From Reclinomonas americana ATCC 50394 (Eukaryota), in the NCBI GenBank assembly GCA_048213135.1, contig PS015198.1, positions 68,932 to 128,991 on the forward strand: a DNA stretch of 60,060 nucleotides. The letters are read 5' to 3'. Both the position numbers and the translations under genes were made by a program. Positions 51,056 through 60,060 of the stretch are shown one piece after another. How positions within the stretch are numbered: the first letter of the stretch is position 1; each line of letters begins with the position of its first letter. Under the pieces are notes generated by a model, which was given only the letters and a program-made list of their open reading frames with translations, searched no databases and had not been told where the DNA came from.

Positions 51056-51810
51056 GAGGAGNNNNNNNNNNNNNNNNNNNNNNNNNNNNNNNNNNNNNNN
51101 NNNNNNNNNNNNNNNNNNNNNNNNNNNNNNNNNNNNNNNNNNNNNNNNNNNNNNNNNNNNNNNNNNNNNNNNNNNNNNNNNNNNNNNNNNNNNNNNNNNN
51201 NNNNNNNNNNNNNNNNNNNNNNNNNNNNNNNNNNNNNNNNNNNNNNNNNNNNNNNNNNNNNNNNNNNNNNNNNNNNNNNNNNNNNNNNNNNNNNNNNNNN
51301 NNNNNNNNNNNNNNNNNNNNNNNNNNNNNNNNNNNNNNNNNNNNNNNNNNNNNNNNNNNNNNNNNNNNNNNNNNNNNNNNNNNNNNNNNNNNNNNNNNNN
51401 NNNNNNNNNNNNNNNNNNNNNNNNNNNNNNNNNNNNNNNNNNNNNNNNNNNNNNNNNNNNNNNNNNNNNNNNNNNNNNNNNNNNNNNNNNNNNNNNNNNN
51501 NNNNNNNNNNNNNNNNNNNNNNNNNNNNNNNNNNNNNNNNNNNNNNNNNNNCATCATCATCGCCACTGCCGTCACCAGCACAACAGAGAGCCACACTCAA
51601 TCGTACAAGCGAGAAAAGAGATTCAGAGAGGGTAAGGGTGGGGAAAAAGACATCAATCGAGAAAAAACACATAGGAGTGAGAGGAAGGGAGCGTGCGGAA
51701 ACCACATTAAGAGTCGCGCGCCGACAGCTTACTCGCTCTTCTGTGGTGGGAGGGGAGGAAGAGTGAGTGAAAAGGGAGAGGAACGGGGCAAATTTTTCAA
51801 TCACACAAAC

Positions 51811-52077
51811 CTCGGCCTTGTCGTCGTCGCCGTCAGTCTTCTGCTTCTTCTGCGGCGGCTCGTCCTCACCAGCGTCACCGCTGTCGGCCTTCTTGCCCTG
51901 CTCCAACAGTGAGCAAGCGGGCAGAGACACGCTGGATAAGAAATGCGTGTGTTCCAAACCTTCTTGGCGGCCTTCTTCTTCGGCTGCGCGGGCTTCTTGG
52001 GAGCGGCCTCGCGTGCGCGCTTCTTGGTCACTGGAGCCTCATCCTCCTCATCGCCACCCATGTCGGTGTCGGTGTCC
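51811..52077 (-). CDS. Two K/E/D-rich exons, possibly continuing the 50499 gene on a mis-oriented contig
   Basis: DTDTDMGGDEEDEAPVTKKRAREAAPKKPAQPKKKAAKK and GKKADSGDAGEDEPPQKKQKTDGDDDKAE, both with CAG acceptors and GTTTG donors. The contig 51552-52360 is bounded by gaps. Confidence 0.55.
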
Positions 52078-53316
52078 TGCATGAAGAGAGTGGAGAGAGG
52101 GAGGATGAGGGGAAAAAAGAGCGAGATTCGGAAGAATGCACACACAGACATGCATTCGAGCGCTCGCCAGCGCGTCTTTCGCATGCATTGTGCGGTGACT
52201 GTGTGCGTGTGAACGTGCGTTGCTATGTGTATGCATCAGTGTCATGCGTTTGTGTCCGCGCACATGTATGCATGCACTCAACGTCGCTGTCTAACATCGA
52301 CACTGGCAAATGCACCACTCAGAACGCCTCGCTCTCACACAAGCACATACACACACACAANNNNNNNNNNNNNNNNNNNNNNNNNNNNNNNNNNNNNNNN
52401 NNNNNNNNNNNNNNNNNNNNNNNNNNNNNNNNNNNNNNNNNNNNNNNNNNNNNNNNNNNNNNNNNNNNNNNNNNNNNNNNNNNNNNNNNNNNNNNNNNNN
52501 NNNNNNNNNNNNNNNNNNNNNNNNNNNNNNNNNNNNNNNNNNNNNNNNNNNNNNNNNNNNNNNNNNNNNNNNNNNNNNNNNNNNNNNNNNNNNNNNNNNN
52601 NNNNNNNNNNNNNNNNNNNNNNNNNNNNNNNNNNNNNNNNNNNNNNNNNNNNNNNNNNNNNNNNNNNNNNNNNNNNNNNNNNNNNNNNNNNNNNNNNNNN
52701 NNNNNNNNNNNNNNNNNNNNNNNNNNNNNNNNNNNNNNNNNNNNNNNNNNNNNNNNNNNNNNNNNNNNNNNNNNNNNNNNNNNNNNNNNNNNNNNNNNNN
52801 NNNNNNNNNNNNNNNNNNNNNNNNNNNNNNNNNNNNNNNNNNNNNNNNNNNNNNNNNNNNNNNNNNNNNNNNNNNNNNNNNNNNNNNNNNNNNNNNNNNN
52901 NNNNNNNNNNNNNNNNNNNNNNNNNNNNNNNNNNNNNNNNNNNNNNNNNNNNNNNNNNNNNNNNNNNNNNNNNNNNNNNNNNNNNNNNNNNNNNNNNNNN
53001 NNNNNNNNNNNNNNNNNNNNNNNNNNNNNNNNNNNNNNNNNNNNNNNNNNNNNNNNNNNNNNNNNNNNNNNNNNNNNNNNNNNNNNNNNNNNNNNNNNNN
53101 NNNNNNNNNNNNNNNNNNNNNNNNNNNNNNNNNNNNNNNNNNNNNNNNNNNNNNNNNNNNNNNNNNNNNNNNNNNNNNNNNNNNNNNNNNNNNNNNNNTG
53201 GTGGTGGTGGTTCTCGCCGCCACCCACCACGTCTCCACCGCCCAGCACACATGCTGCAGCCGCTTGCAATGCATCCAATCCCTCCACCTTGCACCTTACT
53301 TTTGTTGCTTCTTCCT

Positions 53317-54520
53317 TCATTCACCGTCGTACGCGGTGGCGGGGTCAAACACGAGCGGGAAGAACTGGCCTTCGATTTTGTGGCCGCGAGGCACGGGCGG
53401 CACATTTTGCAGCAGCTCCCCATCCGTGTCGCTAATGGTGCCGTCGGCAAAGTAATTGAGTGCGAGTGCACGCCGCGGTGCTGCCGAGTGGTTGGCAAAC
53501 GAGCCGTGCACTGTGAGTGGGTGGTGGAAGGAGAGGCAGCCGCGCCCAATGTTGCCGCACACGGGCGCAAACTCGTCGAGTTCCTCCGCTTTGAGGATGC
53601 CGCGAATGCTCTCCATCGTGGCAAAGTCCTGCGCTCGTGTCAGCGGCATGAGGCAGAGGAGGAGGGGGGCGAGCGTCACGCAACACGATCGGTGATGGGC
53701 AGAGGCTTGCCGTCTCGGTGCCACCGATGCGATCCGGGCACGAATTGCAGGCCCCCGTTCTCCTCGTTCTGCGCATCGAGCGCCACATGCACCGTCATGT
53801 GGCACATGGGGATGGTGCGTTGCCAGTACGAGTAATCCTGCACAGATGGGAAGGCCAGCGTCACGGGCGGAGGGAAGGGATTGGAGAGAAAACAAGCACT
53901 TCTCAAACCTGATGCCACGCGACGACCTGCACGAGACACGTGTCAATCACTTGCGCGCTCACTCACTTGCTCCCTCCATACACAGGCCACTCACTCCGCC
54001 ATGCTTCGCCGGCTTGGCGAAACACTGATCGTGCCAGAATCGAACGGCTGTCTCCTGTCCGGGTCGCAGCAGCTGCGATGTCGGCACCACCACTCCACGC
54101 GCAAAGATCACATCGTGGAAGGCGGGGGTGAGTCGCCACTGCCCGAGACAGTGCATCAGCACGGCGTCGGGGTTGCCGCCTTGATTGGCGTGGAACTCGT
54201 GCAGCAGCGAGGGGAAGCCCGGGTGCGGGTGTTTCTCCGGCTCCAGCAGGTGATTGTAGTCGCGCAGGAGCATGTCACACTGCTCGTCGGTGAACACTGC
54301 GTGGGAACGGGGGATGAGTGGGAGTGGGAGGAAAGAGAGAGAGAGAGAGTGAGAGAGGAGAAGGAGACGGAGTACCGGGTGTGTCGAGGACGAGAAAGCC
54401 ATTGGTGTTGTAGTCGTCGATCTGTGCCTGTGAGAGACGGAAGGTCTTGGCCGGTGCCTCGTGTGGACAGAGGACGCCGAGAGAGTGGGAGAAGCGCGAC
54501 AGGTCGTCAATGTCTCCCAT
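53317..54520 (-). CDS. Phytanoyl-CoA dioxygenase (PhyH) family Fe(II)/2-oxoglutarate dioxygenase
   Basis: LSQAQIDDYNTNGFLVL, DQCFAKPAKHGG|VVAWHQ|DYSYW (HxD motif), VALDAQNEENGGLQFVPGSH, and FHHPLTVHGSFAN..RRAL (distal His and 2OG-binding Arg). Confidence 0.92.
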
Positions 54521-54552
54521 GATTTAGAAAAACGAGATATCAGGACACGAGT

Positions 54553-56010
54553 TTACTTGTTGCTGCTCGTGGCGTCCTCACTCGGGCGCCTCCGGTCCAT
54601 GTGCTTGCGCAGCGCACGGAGCAAGACACTACCTCCTCCACTGCCACCACCAGCTCCGCCCTCGGGAGGCGAAATGAAGACAGACTTGTCGACGTTGCGC
54701 AGGCGGGCCATCAATCCCGACGCGGTGGGCGACGTGGACTGGGCGCGACGGCGACGCTGCTGCAGGACGGCCTCGTGGCGAGCGGCGAGACCGCGGGGAG
54801 CAAACGGGGGAGAAAGCAAGCCGCTGGCCGACTTGCTGGATGTTGGCGGCGATTGCAAGTGCGGTGGTGGCGAAAGGGAGCGGCGTGCAGCTGCAGGCGT
54901 CTCTGGTGACCACCATCGGCGGCCACGAGCGCCAGCAGCAGCAGGAGGGGAGGAGAGGGCAGAAAGGGCAGGCATTGAAAGGCGACGTTCGGCAAAGGCA
55001 CGGGCGGGCGACGAATGACGGCACATGACTTCGGCAATCACATACTCCTCCAGCGCCGGATCGAGCGGCGGCTCCGACATGACCGAACCGTGGTCATCGG
55101 CGGCGATGGCACCGGCGGAGAGTGGCGAGGAGATGGCACGCTCACGATCGAGCAGGCGCTCGAGACTCGAGTTGAGGCGCGACCACGACGAGTCGCTGCG
55201 CGGGTGACCGCCGGCGTTGCGCCGTCGACGGGCGGCCACCGTTGCCGCCGCCGCCTCTGAGGCGGTGGGCGAGGCGGGCGAGATGACCTCGGGCGACACC
55301 TCTTCGGTGAACGAGTTGGAGGGTTTGCGAAAGCGGGCCAGAATGCGCTGCAGCGTGACCAGCGACGGATCGAGGCCGGAGCGCGCAAAGGCCAGTGTGG
55401 CGTCGTGCAAGTCGAATTTGGGGCCGGGTGATGCCGCCGCCTTGGCCTTTTTCGCCGCCAGCGCCGCCGCGGTGTTCTCAATCAGGGATTGGAGGGTGTC
55501 GGTGTCGAGGGGTTCCTCCGAGACCTTTTTTGTGGGGAGGGAAGAGATGAGGGGAAAGAGGGAGAAGTAGGGGGGAAGAATATGGATGGATACGAAACGT
55601 GTGGAAACGGCACGTTTTCGGAGCGGTGGTACATGAAAAAGGTCTCCACGGCGTCGGCCTGCGTCGACTCTTCCCGAATGCGCTCCTCCTCTGTGTGCAT
55701 GGTTGGAGGGAGTGAGCTGGCGGGCGGGGCGGGGGGAGTGGAGTCGTCGGGAAGGTGCGCAACTTTCGCGATCCAGCACGTCGCGCTTGCGCAGTTCCTC
55801 GGGATCGCCAATCTCCGCCGCTGGGAGGACGGGTGAGGGAAAGGGAGGCTATAGGGAAGAGGGTGAGTGGCTCACCGTACTGCTCCAGGCGAGTGCGCAG
55901 GGAGACTTGTGATTCGCGGACTTTCTGGCGGGGGGGGGGGGGGGGGGGGGGAGGAGGAGGGGAAGGGAGGAAGGAAGGAAGGAAGGGGNNNNNNNNNNNN
56001 NNNNNNNNCC

Positions 56011-56086
<76 letters not shown>

Positions 56087-56423
56087 CTCTCTCTCTCTCT
56101 CTCTCTCTCCCTCTCTCTCTCCCTTCTCCTCCCTTACCCACCCGATACTCTTTCAACACATCCGGCGGCTCCTCTCGCCTCAACGCCACCACCGGCACTC
56201 CCTCCACCAACCGCCTCGCCGCATCGGCCGCCGACTGCGACACAGACGACGACGACGACGATTGCACATGTCGCGATCCATCCTCCAACTCGAGCGATAC
56301 ACGCGTCTCTCCCCGCGAAACCTGCACCACTCGCCCGTATCGATGCTCCCACTTACCGCGCATCACGCGCACGCGATCGCCGATTTGCAGGCGAAGGCGC
56401 GGGCGATGGCGAGGTTCGCTCAT
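54553..56423 (-). CDS. Uncharacterised protein with an N-terminal KOW-like motif and a long Ser/Pro/Arg-rich C-terminus
   Basis: MSEPRHRPRLRLQIGDRVRVMRGKWEHRYGRVVQV matches the KOW pattern GDxVxVxxGxxxGxxGxV. The long terminal exon (~55525-54553) is open to TAA. Middle exons are only partly resolved. Confidence 0.6.
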
Positions 56424-56527
56424 GCAATATATATAACAACGCTCGCTGCGACTCCGGACATATCGATCGCGTGACCGACGTTCTTGGATGATTGTGGCCA
56501 CCTAGCGTTCTGCAGAAGTGGCAGCCT

Positions 56528-56740
56528 GTGGGCCTCTCGCCTTGACCGTTGATCCGTGAACGGTCACGAATGGGATCGATATTGCGCATGCATGCAGTAT
56601 GCGTTAACGTTCTCGGATCGCTGCGAGTGTGCAGAAAGCGATGAGGTTGTGGTGAGCCTTGACAACCTAGCGGCCTGCATGAGCGTCAACCCAGTGGGCC
56701 TGTCGCCTTGACCGTTGATCCTTGAACGCACGATCGCGAA
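56528..56740. repeat. ~40-bp imperfect direct repeat in a divergent intergenic region
   Basis: gtgggcctctcgccttgaccgttgatccgtgaacg at 56528 and gtgggcctgtcgccttgaccgttgatccttgaacg at 56694. Confidence 0.8.
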
Positions 56741-57490
56741 AAATGTCTTTCGAATTCGAATTCGTTCCCGGGCCCGGGGCTTTTTGCCTTGCATTGACCC
56801 TCGGCAAGGCACCTACGAGATCATGGTTGGCGAAAGCTCTCCTATGGCCATCGATACGGTGCAGCACACAGTGGAAGTGATAAGAGAACCCGCAACTTCG
56901 CGATCGATATTGATGTCTCCGGTCTTCGTGATCGTCCGCGCGTCGACTGGCAGGCAGTAATACAAGCAACTCATTCTCTTCGCAGTTGTCTCCCCTTGAC
57001 GCATGCAAGGCGTGAAGTACTTCGCATCGATATCAATTTCGATATCTTGCTGTTTTGTGCGCCGCTGGGAATTCCAGCATCGCCGCCAGCGCCCTGTGCT
57101 TGCTTTGCATGAAGTACTACATTGAGACCGTATACGTGCGTCTGGCCCTGGCCATCGCCGTTCACTTCGACACGATCGCGAGCGATATCGATATCGATCG
57201 CGGTCGCGGTCCCGAGAGCTTGAATTGCAGTCGCTGTCCCCGGTCCCACGCAAATGCTGTATCATACCCAGTGCGCTAGGGTCGCGTACATGGTCGTGGC
57301 GCGCTTGGTCACCCTAGGCCTGCACGCCTTCGCGAGAATTCGAATTCGAATTCCGTAAGCGCAAACGCAGCGCAACGATTGCAGCTGCGATCGCTCTGCA
57401 TCACATATTCCTGCCTTTACCTTCCCCATCTTCCTCCGAACAGCCACCAAGTCGACATCGACCTCCAAACTTTCTCTCACCAATCAAATC

Positions 57491-60060
57491 ATGAACGCCG
57501 AGTTCGAGCACGCCGCTCCTCCTCTCCCCGTCGCCATCGACTGGGATCGCCTTCACACTCAAGTCATCGACTCGCCACTCTGCAGCACACTGCTCAAGGC
57601 CGCCTCTGTGTACCACGACGATGCAGTGGCAGCGATGCGCGATGTGCCTGCTGATCGCGTGGAGGAGCTGCGTCCACTCATTGTCAACCTCGCCGATTGG
57701 TGCACTGAGCAGGTGGGTGGGATGATGATAGAGAGGCAGTGCGAGACACACGCACGCACTCACTCACTCACACGCACACCACTCACTCGCTCACTGGCTC
57801 ACACTCTTGCACACACACTCACTCTCTCTCTCACACAGAGGGGAGGGGAAGAGAGTGAGAGGCAGAGAGTGAGAGAGTGAGTATTTCCGAACAAATGCAC
57901 ACACACTCTCTCACTCACTCACTCACTTGCTCACACTCGTTCACTCACTCTCACACACTCTTGCACACACGCACACAGAGAGGGGAGAGAACGAGAGTGA
58001 GAGAGTGTGAGTATTTCCGAACAAATGCACTTGCACACACTCTCACACACTCACTCACGCGCTCATTCACTCACTCACTCTCATACACGCTCACTCACTC
58101 ACTCACACACACTCTTGCATCAGTCAGTATTTCCGAACAAACACTCATTCTCTCTTCTTCACACACTTGCACTCTCTCTGCTTTTATCTCTACTTCTCTC
58201 TCTACTTCTCTCACTCTCTGTGTGCACTCTCTTTCACAATCCGAGTATTTCCGAACAATCGTGTCTCGCAGACCGCGGACATGATCAAGGGCTTGTGCAC
58301 ACTCCTCAACACCGTCGGCGTTGCTGAGATTGGCGATGGCGAGGAGGCGGCGGAGCGCTCGCGACGTCGCCACAACACGCTGCGATTGTTGTGCCGTCTG
58401 ACACTGCCCAGCAATCTCGACTGGGAGGAGGATGTGGACGAGGATACGCAGCGCATGGTGAAGGAGCGGCTCATGGCGCACTTCAAGTCCTCGGCACGCG
58501 ATCGCGTGACCATGGAGTTCCTCATGCAGCTCGTCACGCAGGTCGCAGTCATGGCCTTGCCGTTGCGTGTTATTACTTTTCCGTGTTGATCGCCACTTGG
58601 CGCTTAGTGAGTGTGTGCAGGACTGAAGCTGGATGGCCGCTGCTGACTGGCACGCTGGTGTTTTGCATTTGCTCGGAGAACTCTGTGCTGCGCGAGTTTG
58701 CGCTGAACACCTTCAGCAATGTGCTCCCCCACATGGCCGAGTCCAGCGTGCAGCAGATGCTGCCGGGCGTGGTCGGCATTCTGCGTCGCATCATCAGCGC
58801 TGGTGTGTGTGTCGCCACCGCCACCACCACCACCTGCGTTGCATTGCTCTCACGCGTTGATTGTCTCGCTTTGCAAGACGCGTCGCTGGACATGCGCTGC
58901 ATCGCCGCCACCCTCGTCCTCTCCATTCTCTTCCAAATGGCGCAGCGAGCGGCGATTGTCAACTTGCTCAAGCCGCTCGTGTCGCTCATGGCCGACGTCA
59001 TCCGTGATGCCTTTGCGCAGCAGCTGTATAAGCGGTCGACTGCTCTGTTGCAAGCCTTGCAGACGCTGGTGAACGACGTGCCGCAGGTGCTGAAGCAGCA
59101 CGTGGACGCCGTGGTGGAGGTGTTGATTACCATTATGGGCGACGCCGCGCTGGGCGAAGCCGACGAGCTCTCCAACGTTCGCATCGCCGCGGCGAAAGTG
59201 TTTCTCGACATGGTCAATGCCTTCAAGCCGCTGCGCAAGAAGAAGGCCCTCGTCACCGGTTTCCTTCAGACGCTGCTGCACTGGACCACGCTGGTCACCG
59301 ACGAGACGTTCATTTGGGACTGGTCGTCGGTGTGTTAACGCTCCGGATCCATTGTCACTTCCACACTCCATCTAATCAATCGCTTGCTGCTGCTGTGTTG
59401 CAGGTGGAGGATGACGCGGATCGTGGGCGAGTGCTGTACTACGAAAGTGTCCAGATGCTGGACTCCGTGGCCTCCTCTCGCATTGGTACGCACGCACACC
59501 GCGCAGTTCCCGTGTGCTCGTCTTTTCTGTACCTTACTCAACCCTCTCCTCTCCTTGCTCCACCTGCAGGCAGCAAGAACCTCCCGCTGTTTGCCAGCCT
59601 GATTCAGGATTACAGCGTGGCGGCCGAATGGCAGCGGCGTTCGCTGGTCGGCCTGCTGTTGGTGTGCATGTGTGACGAGTTGAAGGACCACCTGGCGCCA
59701 CTGCAGAGCCAGTTGATGCCAGTCTTGCTTGGCCTTGCTGACGACCAAGACTCGCGTGTGCGCTCGAGCGCCATCGCTGCCATCTGCACGCTGCTCAATA
59801 CCTATCAGCCGGACGCCTCCAAGACTTTCTTCCGAGAAATCATGCCGCTCCTGCTCCGACATATTCTCGATCCCGACGAGCGGTGCGTTGTGCAGGAAGC
59901 TCTTTTTTTGTGATGGTTTCCGAGTGCTGGAGACTCACTTCTCCGTCTCCCCTTTTTCCCCCATTTGTCTACACCCTTCTCGTTCCTCCTTCACCTTCCT
60001 CCCTCGTCGTCTTCCCTTTCCGCCTCCCCCCTGCTCCTTCCCCCTCGCTCCTTCCCCTTC
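57491..60060 (+). CDS. HEAT-repeat protein, importin-beta family-like (importin-4/5-like); runs off the window
   Basis: Helical Leu-rich exons with HEAT signatures: AGWPLLTGTL..LREFALNTFSNVLP, VRIAAAKVF, AEWQRRSLVGLLL..CDELKDHL and LLGLADDQDSRVRSSAIAAICTL. The subfamily assignment is by motif resemblance only. Confidence 0.7.

Noticed and set aside
57720-58270. Recurrent agtatttccgaacaa motif (four copies) with cact repeats
   Set aside because: A local duplication within a microsatellite-rich intron of the HEAT gene, with no evidence of function.
1-60060. Alternative genetic code or frameshifting to explain fragmented ORFs
   Set aside because: In the conserved genes examined, breaks are resolved by GT/GC-AG introns, and TAA, TAG and TGA all serve as terminal stops.
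1-60060. tRNA, rRNA or snRNA genes
   Set aside because: None recognised by eye. A covariance-model scan would be needed to exclude them.

Overview
Intron-rich eukaryotic (protist-like) genomic DNA with many microsatellites and about 15 assembly gaps. Typical introns are 60-120 nt, so gene models were assembled by hand across GT/GC-AG junctions. In order: the start of a probable signal-anchor protein (-); an ankyrin/coiled-coil/protein kinase gene (+); proteasome beta-6 subunit PSMB1 (+); a tandem array of at least three paralogues of an unrecognised gene built from five ~190-aa repeats, each with an indel-free 264-nt C/H/CxxC exon; an atypical TQY MAP kinase (-); a very large TmcB/TmcC-like multi-pass membrane protein with FixL-like His-bearing PAS domains and a class III cyclase domain lacking both metal-binding Asp (-); head-to-head with it, an ammonium transporter (Amt) fused to an intact adenylyl cyclase (+); a K/E-rich protein split by gaps; a PhyH-family dioxygenase (-); a KOW-motif protein (-); and an importin-beta-like HEAT protein (+, truncated). 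The best candidates for new biology are the eukaryotic Amt-adenylyl cyclase fusion, the divergently transcribed PAS half-cyclase and the unrecognised repeat-domain family. Splicing is also unusual, with recurrent GTTGCG donors, GC donors and 6-18 nt micro-exons. No database search was possible, so all family assignments come from motif recognition.
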